Below are positions 24,993-37,738 of a stretch of 64,000 bases of DNA, in pieces. A program made the translations under genes and the position numbers. Under the pieces are notes generated by a model. It ran no database searches. It was not told where the DNA came from and was given only the letters and a program-made list of their open reading frames with translations. The DNA is from Octopus sinensis (taxonomy: Eukaryota). The stretch lies in contig NC_043014.1 in assembly GCF_006345805.1 (NCBI RefSeq), positions 21,700,001-21,764,000 on the forward strand, written 5' to 3'. Position 1 is the stretch's first letter; every line of letters begins with the position of its first letter.

Positions 24993-26201
24993 GTATTGTT
25001 GTGATTTTCATTTGGTTTACACACCTGTATGTATGTTGGTTGTGCAGGTGAAGGATTATTTTGAAATTGATGGAGATAGATAGTTGTGGTGGTTTTGTGG
25101 TAAGGTGGAACTTAAATTGCTAGACCACTAAAATCTTGGTTCATGGGGTTAGCCATTTCTTTGTGTTGTTGCTCTGGATTAAAGTAATCGGACTTTATCT
25201 TACCTCATTTTGTCTCCCTAACAAACAAGTTGCTTGCTTTTTCACAGCTATGTTCTTTAACATTGGAAAGAGTCTCAGGTTCCAAACTTTATTGCAATCA
25301 TTATGTTAATGCTTCTATGCAAAGCTTACAAACAGACTATAACACAGCTGAGCTAGCACATATATGAACCAACTACTCAGAAACTAACTGTAATAATTGT
25401 TAATGCTTCTAGACCAGGTACATTACATAGTATAGTGTTGATCTTCCTGACTTGTGAGAACTACAAACTTCAGTTCATGGTTGATTGACAAGCAAGAGTA
25501 AAAATACAAAAATGTTTTAAGCTTTGCTACAAACATTGTATTAATGCTTTTAGGCAAAACATACAACTTTTCTAGTCCTAGTCTGAGATTATTTGAAACT
25601 TGTAATGGTTTATGAGCAGATCTTTAGAGCTTAGGAAGAAATACAATAATAAGTTATAAGATGCAGTTGTGGTGATAGGTGCAGACAAGGCTGTGTGGTA
25701 AGAAATTTGCTTCCCAACCACATAGTATTGGGTTCAGTCTCATTTCATGGCACCTTGGGCATGTGTTTTCTACCATGGCCCCATGCCAACCAAAGTCTTG
25801 TGCATGGATTTGGTGAACAGAAACGGAAAGAAGCCCATCATATATACGTGTGTGTGTGTGTTAATGTTTTCTTGCCTTGACTTTGCATGATAACTGTAAA
25901 CAAGTGTCATCATAAAGCAAGTAGTGCCCATTTCCAATCATCTGTGAAAACATGTCTGATCATGGGGAAATATCACCGTACTTCACATCAGGTGACAATT
26001 GGTGTCAGAAAGGGCATTCTACCATAGAAAATCTGCCTCCACAAATTCCATCTGACTTATGCAAACATGGAAAGGTGAACAGTAAACTGATGATGAGTAC
26101 AAGTTGGAGATGGTATAGTACTGAAGAAGTTTTTTTTTTTCCTTTGCATTGAGTGGTAACTAGAAAGTGTATATTTCTGACACATTTGTTGGTATTTGTA
26201 G

Positions 26202-26308
26202 AACAAAAGCAGCAGTGATTCTCTGGTGATGGAGAAGGATGTCCAAACGGATCCCAAGAGTGGCTCTGCTATTGATGCTATTCCAGATGTACCACTAATA
26301 AACAAAAG
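26202..26308 (+). CDS. STARD9: STARD9-like exon (linker)
   Basis: NKSSSDSLVMEKDVQTDPKSGSAIDAIPDVPLINK(ag); tttgtag| and |gtaggt; phase 0/2 fits the chain. Confidence 0.8.
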
Positions 26309-26528
26309 GTAGGTTATTCTATTTTGAATGTTTAGGTGCAAATGATGGCCTTCACTGCACATTATGGTACATATATGCATAGGTACAGATATGCATAGGT
26401 ACAGATATGCATAAATAATATAGTTATGCATACTCTCCCTATATGGGCAAACAAATATGTTTCCATGTTTTATGTATATGGTTGTATATAATATATATAT
26501 ATGAAGAAAGGAAAATGGAAATAAGTAA

Positions 26529-26858
26529 GTTAACAATTATTTATTAACAAATTGGTCGTCTTTGCTTTTTTCAGCCGTTTCAATTAATGTTCATTAATTT
26601 AATTACAAATTTGTACAGTAAATTTGCATTTATATGACATGAGCGCGTACATGTGCATGCATGCATGTGTGTGTGTGATGTTATATTCATATTTACATTT
26701 AAACATCAACATTTTATTATATCCGTTAAGAATAGATATATTTTTCTAGAAACGCTATTGCATAGACACACTACTTCAAAATTTCATTAATAAATGGGCA
26801 CCGGTTGACTAATATGGATCTGTATTAATTTCATTTATAGGGGTGATGGGCATGAAGA

Positions 26859-26902
<44 letters not shown>

Positions 26903-27568
26903 ATATCTGTATACATATATATGTGTGTGTGTGTACATATCTGTATACATATATATGTGTGTGTGTGTGTGTACATATCTGTATACATATATATGTGTGT
27001 GTGTGTGTACATATCTATACATATATATGCATGTTTGTGTGTATATACATATATATATATATATATATATGTAATATAGAATATAAGGATAAAAATCACG
27101 TTAATGATTTTTATCAAGTCGTCAGCATGCTATAAAAATTTATATGTAATTTATACATTAAATTAATAATAAAATATAATATATGCATATGTATATAATT
27201 ATGTTAAGGGAATAAGGACGAAAAGCATGCTGCTCCCTTAATATAATTATTACATTTTTATAATTGTATTTATACCTTATAAATGAATATTTTATTATTT
27301 ATCCCTAATCATATTCTAATCAATCTGTAAACCCTTCACCCAAGCATATTATAATACAAATTACAAACCATAATATTCAGTCTGCTGAAATGAACTGACA
27401 GGTCCACATATAACATCGCAAGGTGCATCTTTTTCCCTTTGATGAAATTATGCTCATGTCACATAAATGCAAATTTAATGTACAAATTTGTAATTAAATT
27501 ATTGAGTATTAATTGAAATGACTAAGAAGCGAAAATAACCAATTTGTTAATAATAAATAATTGTTAAC
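26529..27568. mobile_element. Foldback/MITE-like element with ~115-120 nt imperfect terminal inverted repeats
   Basis: GTTAACAATTATTTATTAACAAATTGG...GACATGAGC mirrored by GCTCATGTC...CCAATTTGTTAATAATAAATAATTGTTAAC; the core holds a ~30-34 nt compound minisatellite. Confidence 0.75.
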
Positions 27569-28474
27569 TTCTTTTAAATGGATATAAACTATATGTTTAA
27601 TATATACCTATTGTTTTAAGGGAATTTCATTCCCCAACAATACTAGGTATTGAACTAGTATTTCCTTGGATGCAACCATCCCTTCACATGGTTAACATAT
27701 CCCCTAATTAAATTTAACATATATATATATATATATATATATCATATACACATGCACTACATACGTATGATAATCATACAAATATTTTACATTATCTTTT
27801 ACTTGTTCCAGTCATTAGACTGCAGCCATGCTGGGGCATCACCTTGAAGAATTTTAGTCAAATAAATCGATCCCAGCACTTATTTATTTTAAACTTGCTA
27901 CTTATTCTATCAGTCTGTTTTCCTAAACTGCTTAGTTATGGGAATGTAAACACACCAACACTAGTTGTCAAGCAGTAGTGGGGGACAAACTCACACATAC
28001 ACATATATGACAGACTTCTTTCAGTTTCCATCTACCAAATCCACACCCTAGGCTTTGGTCGGCCTGAGGTTATAGAAGAAGACACTTGCCCAAGGTGCTA
28101 TGCAGTGGGACTGAACCTAGACCCATGTGGTTGGGAAACAAGCTTCTTACCACACAGCCACACCTGCACTTTATCTTCATATATACACATACAGACCTAG
28201 ACATTTGCACCTACACACATGTAATCATTCAATTTATCATACATAAAACAATTCTCTCACACACACACACTCTCTCTCTCTCATAAAAATGGCATTGTAC
28301 AATAGTTTAAAATGATGATAATATTTTCTAAGAATAATGATAAATTTTTATGTTGATAATGATGATGTTAAATCAGTGAAATTCATCTAAAATATATATT
28401 TGTACTTAAACTGAGATTGAACCTACAACCACTGTGTGAACAGCTGACATTGGAATATTTTGTTGTTTTTGCAG

Positions 28475-28525
28475 TTTACCTGTGGAACAGGATCAGAGTG
28501 AAAAGATTAGGATCAAAGATGCCAG
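28475..28525 (+). CDS. STARD9: STARD9-like exon (51 nt)
   Basis: (S)LPVEQDQSEKIRIKDA(ag); ttttgcag| and |gtaatc; phase 2/2. Confidence 0.75.
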
Positions 28526-28911
28526 GTAATCTTCTTTTTGCTCTATGGGTTAGTCCTTTGCTTTTTGGCTTACAAGATTGGATTAAGAGCTGGCATTCAT
28601 AGACTTATTTGAATTTTTTGAAGACTACATCGTTACCTGTCACTATGCTGCCAGTAAAAATATTTATAATCATGCATGTACCTTCATAAATTGTTCAACA
28701 TGAAAGTCTTTTCTAAAGTCTGTGTTACATTGTCTAAATGTCAAAAGACATTCAAAAACACACAAATAACCAAAAAAAATAACTATATGTATTATGTATA
28801 TGCTGTGTTGTGTTGACAGACTTGCACTTAAAATTCCCATGTTTTTAATTAAAACTATGTAGTTACTTAGGTGACAACACTACCTATTTATTTATATTTT
28901 ACACATACACA

Positions 28912-28949
<38 letters not shown>

Positions 28950-29728
28950 ATTTTTCTCTCGACAACAACATTTTCTCCCCCACCCTTTTCTTTCCTCTTC
29001 ACAGATGTTGTTATTGACAGACAGCCAGAGATATATAATATAAGATTCAACCCTTAATAACTTAGACAAGTATGTGTGGGGAAATATATGTGTCTAAATA
29101 TAAATTCTTATGCACATTGGGGATTAGTTGGCAGTTTTGTTAGAATGTCAGACAGAATGCCTTGCAGTATATTTTCTGGCTTTCTGTACTGAGTTCAAGG
29201 CTCATCAAGATCAAGTTTTCTTTTCCTTCTCCTTCTGCTCATTTTCTTTCTCACTTCCTCTTTTTCTATCTGGAAGAAATCAACTGCATTCATACCTGGA
29301 GTAAAATGGGCTCCACAGGGTTTAAAATGCTCAAGACATACAGTATGTCAGACAGCAACATCCTTACTTTTCCATCAGGAGTTGAAGGTCAAAGCAAGGA
29401 AAGATTTACTCATGTTTTTGTGTCAGTCAGATGATGAGAGACAGTAACAGTAGGCAAGATACTGTACTTACAACCCATGTTGGAATGGAAATATATAACA
29501 GACATAAAATGGTGACTTACAAAAGGAAATGACAGAGAACTGAGATACATGGTGCATGGCTGTTCTTGCGAAGACAGAACTGAGATTCTAAAACCAAGGT
29601 GCTACATAAAAAGCATTGGTGTGAGTGCCGATACCACATAAAAAGTTCTGGTCATGGTGTCTTTGTCTTTCACATTTTCCTTCCATTTCGATCTCTTGGC
29701 GCATTACCCATCTGTTATCTTCTATAAG

Positions 29729-31200
29729 CATCATCATCACTGTTTAGCATCCGCTTTCCATGTTGGCATGGGTTTGACGGTTTGACTGAGGACTGGCAAG
29801 CCAGGAGGTTGCACCAGGCTCCAATCTGATCTGGCAAGGTTTCTACAACTAGATGCCCTCCCTAATGCCAACTACGCTGAGAATGTAATGGGTTCTTTTT
29901 ATGTGCCACTGGCACAGGGGCCAGTCAGGTGGTACTGGCATCAACCACGTTCGAATGGTGCTTTTTACAATCCACCTGTATGGGGATCAGTCAAGCAGCA
30001 CTGGTAATGACCATGCTTGAATGGTGCTTTTTACATGCCACCAGCACAGGACCAATAAAGTGGCAATGACATCAACCACATTTGTATGGTGCTTTTTATG
30101 TGCAACCGGCACAGGTGCCAGTCAGACAGTACTAGTATTGGCCACAACAATGATTTCACTTGACCCAACAGGTCTTCTCACAGCACATTGCCCAATAATT
30201 AAAGGGTACTCTTAGATGAGCCAGTTATGCAAAACTGGTGTAGGCTACGGTCTCTCCTTGCTTGTCTTGGTCACTGTCATTGCTTCCATGAGGCCCAACG
30301 TTCGAAGGTCGTGCTTCACCACCTCATCCCAGGTCTTCTTGGGTCTACCTCTTCCACAGGTTCCCTCTACTGTTAGGGTGTGACACTTTTTCACACAGCT
30401 GTCCTCATCCATATGCAACACATGACCATACCAGCACAGTTGTCACTCTTGCATATTACATTTGATGCTTCTTATGTCCAACTTTTCTCTCAGGGTGCTG
30501 ACATTCTGTCATGTATACACACTGACATAACACATCCAGTGGAGCGTATTAGCTTCTTTTCTTTCAAGCCTACGCATGTCCTCAGCAATCACAGCCCATA
30601 TTTCACTGCCGTGTAGCATGGCTGTTCGCACATATGCATTATACTGTCTACCTTTCACACTGAGCAAGCGTCTCTTTGTTACCAGCAAAGGTAGGAGCTC
30701 TCTGAACTTTGCCCAGGCTATTCTTATTCTAGCAGCTATGCTCTCAGAGCATCAACCCCGCTACTGATTTGGTCACCTAGGTAACAAAAGCTATCAACTA
30801 CTTCTAGTTTTTCCCCCTAGCATGTGATGGAAGCTGTTTTCTGTACATTCTCAGTGCTTATTGCCCCTGTGCATCTGTGACAGATGCACAAAAACTATCT
30901 TCCCAGTTAGCCTTCCTTTAATATTGCTGCACCTCTTGTGTGTCTGTAGCTTACACTGGGTGCATCTTATGGAGTTTCTACCTATGCCTTTTCTACAGAT
31001 TGAGCAGGGCCATCTATCTGAAGGATTTGTGATTTGTCTGTCTTCCTACTTACTAAGACTTTGGTCTTTGCTAGATTGACTTCAAGGCCCTTCAATTCTA
31101 TACCTTGCTTCCACACCTGAAACTTCTCTACTAGTTCTGATAGTGACTCAGCTATTAGAGCAAGGTCATCAACATGTTCATCATTAGAGCAAGGTCATCA
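29729..31200 (-). mobile_element. 5'-truncated, decayed RTE-clade LINE, antisense to the host gene
   Basis: Reverse complement matches the 33.6-35.5 kb copy from DDLAL through GRGRPKKTW, the 3'UTR repeats and the (GAT)n tail. Confidence 0.9.
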
Positions 31201-32431
31201 CATACCAATGCAGTCATGCACACTACAATTGATTCCACTCACACCTAGTTTATCTCATTCTTGTATTGTTCTTGTTTGATAGAGAAAATGCTGACAGGAT
31301 GATAGACAGACAGATAGATAGATTCTGACTAGACCCATCCCCACCATGGTACCCCTATCCCAGTTTCATTTTCTATAAGGTGTTTATGGATTTGCTTTCT
31401 TGGTTGCTAAATTGTATATCAACTTCATAATGCTCCTATGCTCAGATGGCATAACTTTGCATGGCTATTTTTCTCTCTTCTGTCTACCTCCATTTGTTTC
31501 TGTTTTCCTTCATCCCCCTTTACCTTCCTACATATTCTTCTTGGCTTCCCTCTCTCTCTCCAAAACATCTCTTGTCCCCCTCTCCAATGCATCATTTCTT
31601 TCCTTTCTTATTTTGACATCTCTTCCTTATCTCATCTGTTGTCCTTCACTATCCTATATTCTCATACTCTAATCTCTCTCATCTAACCCAACCCTCTCAT
31701 TTTGCTCCCAGATGTTTCTTACAGTGTTCTATGATCATAGCTTCAACATTATTGAAGGCTGGGATTGAAAGTTTTCCCTGAGTAGACATGAACTCTGTAA
31801 GTCACAGTGAAGGCAGTCCATCTAAGAGAGCTGCAATTCTGAACCATGAGTGTAGAGGACATTTTAGTCCTAACAGACAATTCCCTAAGGCTGGTGGCAC
31901 AATACAACACACTCAGTCCTTTTGTGGTTGGTGATAAGAAGGGCATCTAGCCTGTAAAACAATACCAAAAAACATGGACTTTACTAAATCACTGAAAGTC
32001 CTGAGAGTAGTGTTATGTTTACCACCCAAGAACAGGTACAGTCCATGTAAGCTTCTGCACAATCTCCATCTACCTCAATGTTATCAACGAAGCTGAAGTT
32101 GATCTGAAGTTATGATAGAAAACTCTTGGACACTTACTGAAGGTGTCTGCTGTACAACAGAATTAAGTATCTCATCATTTAGAATTCTTCTGTGCCATAG
32201 GTTTAGTTATACTGTTGTAAGTGTGAAGTATAGCAATACAGTTAGTTATTATTACTGCCCCAAACTGACTTCTCGGACACCTTTACAACTGTACCAGTCT
32301 CCCTGACTAATCACCCTTCCTCTTATACACTGTTTCACCAACCTATCTTGCTATCCCTCTATTCTCCACTTCATTGTTGCACCTCACATGTTTTATTAAT
32401 CTCACTCACTGATCCTCCTCTTGTATTTCAG

Positions 32432-32652
32432 GGTCCAGTTGCAGCGTGTGAAGGATAAGCTTGAGAAAGCTGTGAACACATACAACAAGGCAGTACAACA
32501 AATGCAACAGATACAGACAGTGCAAAAGGGCAAGCAAGACGAGCTGATGCAGTATCTGAATGATTTGGTTGCTAACTGCAATCAGATGCACATGCAAGTT
32601 ACTAAAGAGTTGTCCAAGATGAAGAATAAACAAGATAAGGGAACTGATACAC
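32432..32652 (+). CDS. STARD9: STARD9-like exon: coiled coil
   Basis: (R)VQLQRVKDKLEKAVNTYNKAVQQMQQIQ...KQDKGTDT; atttcag| and |gtgagt; phase 2/1. Confidence 0.88.
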
Positions 32653-32717
32653 GTGAGTACTGACGGTTTATTATTATTATTATCATTATTATTCATTATT
32701 ATTATTATTATTATTAT

Positions 32718-35471
32718 CGTGACGTGGTAGGAGAAAAATGTGTTCGCACGGATGACGGCTCACTTGCGCTAAATGAGGATGCAAAGAGAGAGGTTTGGAG
32801 AAGCCACTATGAAAGGTTGCTGAATGAGGAAAATGAATGGGATAAAGAGAGTCTGCCGAATGTTGACCCAACAGAGGGACCAGCAATCCGAGTTGACAGT
32901 TCCTTAGTAGATAAGGCAATTAAAAGCACGAAAACAGGGAAAGCCCCAGGCCCATCAGGAATTACTGCAGAGATGCTCAAAATATCTGGTAGTGTCGGCT
33001 ATAGCCTATCACCCGTATAGTTAACCAGGTGATACACGAAGGAGTCATTCCCAATGACTGGTGTAGCAGCATAATAGTCAGCTGCTACAAAGGTAAAGGT
33101 GACGCCCTAGATACAAATAACTACAGGGGTATCAAGCTGCTGGATCAGGTAATGAAGGTTACGGAGAGGGTTATAGCCCAACTAATTAGAGAGAGAGTTA
33201 GCCTAGATCAGATGCAGTTTGGGTTCGTGCCAGGGAAAAGTACTACTGATGCTATTTTCATGGTAAGACAGCTGCAAGAGAAATACCTAGCCAAGGACAA
33301 GCCCCTATACCTGGCTTTTGTTGATATGGAGAAAGCCTTCGACAGGGTCCCCCGATCCCTCATCTGGTGGTCAATGAGGAAACTAGGGATAGATGAATGG
33401 TTAGTGAAAGCTGTACAAGCCATGTACAGAGACGCTGCTAGTAAGGTGAGGGTTGGCACCGAGTACAGTGAAGAATTCAGGGTAGAGGTTGGGGTCCAGC
33501 AAGGTTCAGTCCTCAGTCCCCTCCTATTTATCATAGTCCTCCAGGCAATAACGGAGGAATTCAAGACAGGATGCCCCTGGGAGCTACTCTATGCTGATGA
33601 CCTTGCTCTAATTGCTGAGTCTCTATCAGAACTAGAGGAGAATTTTCAGGTATGGAAACAAGGTTTAGAATCGAAGGGCCTTAGAATCAACCTAGCCAAA
33701 ACCAAAGTCCTAATAAGTAGGAAGGTAGACCAATCACAAACGCCTTCAGGTAGATGGCCCTGCTCGATCTGTAGAAAAGGTGTAGGTAGAAACTCTATAA
33801 GATGCACCAAGTGTAAGCTATGGACACATAAGAGGTGCAGCAATGTCAAAGGAAGGCTAACTAGGAAGATGGTTTTTGTATGTGGCAGATGCTCAGGAAC
33901 AATTAACACTGAAAATGCTCTGAGACCAACTTCCGTCACTTTCCAGGGAGAAAAGCTAGAAGTAGTTGATAGTTTCCGTTACCTAGGTGACCAAGTCAGT
34001 AGCGGGGGCGGGTGCGCTGAAAGTATAACTGCTAGAGTAAGAATAGCCTGGGCAAAGTTGAGAGAGCTCTTACCCCTGCTGGTTACAAAAGGCCTCACGC
34101 TCAAAGTAAAAGGCAGACTGTATGATGCATGTGTACGTACAGCCATGCTACATGGTAGTGAAACTTGGGCTGTGACTGCTGAGGATTTGCGTAAGCTCGC
34201 AAGAAATGAAGCTAGTATGCTTCGATGGATGTGTAACATCAGTGTTCATAATCGACAGAGTGTAAGTACCTTGAGAGAAAAGTTGAACCTAAGAAGCATC
34301 AGTTGTTGTGTGCAAGAGAGACGTTTGCGCTGGTATGGTCATGTGATGAGAATGGCTGAAGATAGTTGTGTGCGAAAGTGCCACACCCTGGCAGTTGAGG
34401 GGACCTGTGGAAGAGGTAGACCCAGGAAAACCTGGGTCGAGGCGGTGAAGCACGACCTTCGAACTTTAGATCTCACCAAGGAAATGACCAGTGACCGAGA
34501 CCTTTGGAAGTATACTGTGCGTGAGAAAACCCGGCAAGACCAGTGAGAACAGTCAAAATCAAAATCAAACCAAATTGAGGTCGATCAACATCCGGGCCCC
34601 CGTGCAGGTGACACGTAAAAGCACCATCCGTTCGTAGCCGTTTGCCAGCCCTGTCCGGCCCCCGTGTCGGTGGCACGTAAAAGCACCATCCATTTGTGTT
34701 CGTTGCCAGCCTGGCCTGGCCTCCGTGCCGGTGACACATAAAAGCACCATCCGTTTGTGGCCGTTTGCCAGATCTGTCTGCCCCCATGCCGGTGACACGT
34801 AAAAGCACCATCCGTTCGTGGCCGTATGCCAGCTCTGTCTGGCCCCCGTGCCGGTGACACGTAAAAGCACCATCCGTTCATGGCCGTTTGCCAGCCCTGT
34901 CTGGTCCCCATGTCGGTGACATGTAAAAGCACCATCCGTTCGTGTCCGTTGCCAGCCTCGCCTGGCCCCCGTGCCGGTGACACGTAAAAGCACCATCCGT
35001 TCGTGGCCGTTGCCAGCCCTGTCTGGCCCCCGTGTCGGTGGCATGTAAAAGCACCATCCGTTCGTGTCCGTTGCCAGCCTCGCCTGGCCCCCGTGCCGGT
35101 GACACGTAAAAGCACCATCCGTTTCGTGGCCGTTTGCCAGCTCTGTCTGGCCCCCGTGTTGGTGGCACGTAAAAGCACCATCCGTTCGTGTCCGTTGCCA
35201 GCCTCGCCTGGCCCCGTGTCGGTGACACGTAAAAGCACCATCCGTTCGTGGCCGTTTGCCAGCTCTGTCTGGCACCTATGCGGGTGGCACGTAAAAAGCA
35301 CCCACTACACTCAAGGAGTGGTTGGCGTTAGGAAGGGCATCCAGCCGTAGAAACACTGCCAGATCTGACTGGGCCTGATGAAGCCTTCCAGCTTCACAGA
35401 CCCCAGTTGAACCGTCCAACCCATGCTAGCATGGAGAACGGACGCTAAATGATGATGATGATGATGATGAT
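32718..35471 (+). mobile_element. Young 5'-truncated RTE-clade LINE: RT ORF 33029-34546 (505 aa) plus upstream frame 32724-33020; no endonuclease; 3'UTR minisatellite; (GAT)n tail
   Basis: Intact RT motifs (NYRGIKLL, QFGF, DMEKAFDRV, GVQQGSVLSPLLF, YADD). An apparent 1-nt deletion near 33010 joins the two frames. Inserted in an (ATT)n tract 65 nt after the donor at 32652. Confidence 0.96.
34600..35300 (+). repeat. GC-rich ~61-nt minisatellite, 11 full units, in the RTE 3'UTR
   Basis: AAAAGCACCATCCGTTCGTG(G/T)CCGTT(T)GCCAGC...GGCCCCCGTG(C/T)CGGTG(A/G)CACGT repeats with ~61-nt spacing. Confidence 0.97.
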
Positions 35472-36351
35472 AATATAAAAAATTGCCAGCCTCTCCCGTG
35501 CACCTATAAAAAGAGAATTAAAGGAGAAGGGCTCTTGCTCTGTTGATCAGGCACCTGTGGCTTTCATGGGTTTTTCCATGAGGACCCTAAAGCACTTCCC
35601 CTATTGGGAGTTTTAATTTAATTTTTTATTGTTAATTATATTGTTTACATGCAGAAAACCTATTGTATTGTCTTGTTTTTGTCTTTTATGTTGCTTACTG
35701 GCATTTCGCTCATTGCTACATTTTGAGTTCAAATTCTGCTTTGGTCAACTTTGCCTTTCATCCTTTAGGAGCTGATAAATTAAGTACCAACGAAATACTG
35801 GGGTTGAAGTAATCAACTAGTTACCCCCCACCAAATTTCTGACCTTGTCCTATAGTAGAAAGGATTATTATTATTATTAGTTAGTAAAGGATGACAAAAT
35901 ACCTTGTAGTATGTAATTAGGCAGAGCTGGCAGAATCGTTACTATGCCAGAATGTAAAGACAGACAGAATACTTAGCAGCATTTTGTCTGTCTTTACATT
36001 TCGAGCTCAGATGCTGCTTAGACTGACTTTGCCTTCATTCCTTTCAGGGTTGTGCAAGGAGGTCAATGTAATCAGTTTACCCCTCCCCCAAAATTTCAGG
36101 CCTTGTGCCTTTAGTAGTAGAAAGGATTATTAGATTATTATTATTATTAATGTAGAGTGGCTACAAAGATTTCTATAGACATGTTTTTGTATGTGTATAC
36201 TGATACATCTATAGGCTTGTGTTTAGTATGTGTTTGTATGTATATGTTGATATAAATACCTCTGTAGGTATGTATTTAAAATGTGTGTTTGTTGTGTTTA
36301 ACTCCTGAGCAGATATGTAGACAAAGGCATTCTAGCCATGACCATCTAGTC

Positions 36352-36589
36352 CAGTGGTTCTCAGCCATGGTCCACATCAGATTTTACTGTTAAAATTTAT
36401 ATGCAATAAATTGGTTATACGTCTACAAGAGACAAAATATTTCAACAATTTTTTTTTATTCATTTCTTAATAATATTTTAATTATAAAATATGATGGGAC
36501 TTTTTTAATTATCAGATGGCTATTGGAGTCCAGCAGAGTAAAATAGGAATCAAGGGATCCAAAAGCAAAAAAATGGATGAGAACCACTG
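36352..36589. mobile_element. hAT-Charlie-like MITE
   Basis: TIRs CAGTGGTTCTCA / TGAGAACCACTG; 8-bp flanks atctagtc / attttgtc (6 of 8 match). Confidence 0.8.
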
Positions 36590-36858
36590 ATTTTGTCCTT
36601 CTCTCAGGCATCACATATCCAGAACCATGTTGCTGAATGTCTCTCATCTACTCTTGAAGTTAGTGGGGTGTGATTTCAAGGAAATTCAGGTCTTTTTTTC
36701 TAGCAAGTTTAGTGACCTTCTAGAGGCTCTACTATGGCTTTATGTATGCTTACCTAAAGGCATTTATCTACTTTGTTTAGATATTCTGAGTATAAATATG
36801 TTAAAATCACATGGTGAGATGCACACAAACTGTTAACCCAATTGTTTTCTTGTTACAG

Positions 36859-37738
36859 AGGCCAAATCCACTTCAACAGATGAGAAAGGGTCACCAGACA
36901 AGGATAGTGAATCTCCCAAATCGTCCCCCAATTGCCGAGAAGAACCATTAAAAGCTGCAATAGATGTAAACCCCCAGCTGCAAGAATTGCAGAAGACTTG
37001 GCATGCATCTGAAGCTGAAGTCGCTGAGTATGAGCAGAAGATGAGGCTCCTAAAAGAAGAACACAACAAAGCAATGATGTTGAAGAGTCAGGAAGTGTCA
37101 TCACAACTTGAACGTATCAACATTCTGAAGAAACAGAAGGAAAAGCTGGAACAACTGATTGAAGAGGTTGGACATTTGAAGAGGGTCAGCAAGGACAAGC
37201 TGGCATTAATGCATGGTGCCAACACAGATGAATCAGTTCATTATGATGTACATCTTGTATCATTGCTGCAAGACTCAGTGAATAAACGTGACTGCTTGAG
37301 ACAGGCTAACGAGACATCTTTGCCCCAAGGTCAGAAGTTTACTGAAGAGGAATTAATGTCTAAACCTGTTGGCTATCATAACAGCAGTAGCTGTTCAAAA
37401 TCCCCACAGTCCAAGTCAGTGACATCCAACCTCAAGTGTAAAAAGTCTGAAAGTAGTCAGTTAAATAAAGACAAATCTACTGCCAGAGCTATCAATAGGC
37501 CACATAATCAAACTCAGACTGTTTCCTCACCTTCAAGAAATGGTAAAATGTTGCCAGAAAATATTCAGTTCAATGAATCAGAGAAAAATATTGCAGAGGA
37601 CCATCTCAGTGATTATTCTGATGATTCTTTGGATAAGACTATTGATGAGGTAAATCCTGTCACTCAGACCTCAAAGACTGCAGATTCTACCTCACATGCA
37701 GGCTCTCAGGTATCACATCCCAACTCTGTTCAGAAATG
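36859..37738 (+). CDS. STARD9: STARD9-like 880-nt exon: coiled coil plus Ser-rich region
   Basis: Open frame includes ORF 36987-37742; ttacag| and tg|gtgagt; phase 1/2. Confidence 0.88.

Noticed and set aside
34600-35300. CRISPR-like array or HDV-like ribozyme array
   Set aside because: No unique spacers and a eukaryotic LINE context; I could not fit the HDV nested double pseudoknot to the unit.
34565-35350. Long repetitive ORFs (236-238 aa) over the minisatellite
   Set aside because: Open frames are a by-product of a stop-poor tandem unit in a LINE 3'UTR.
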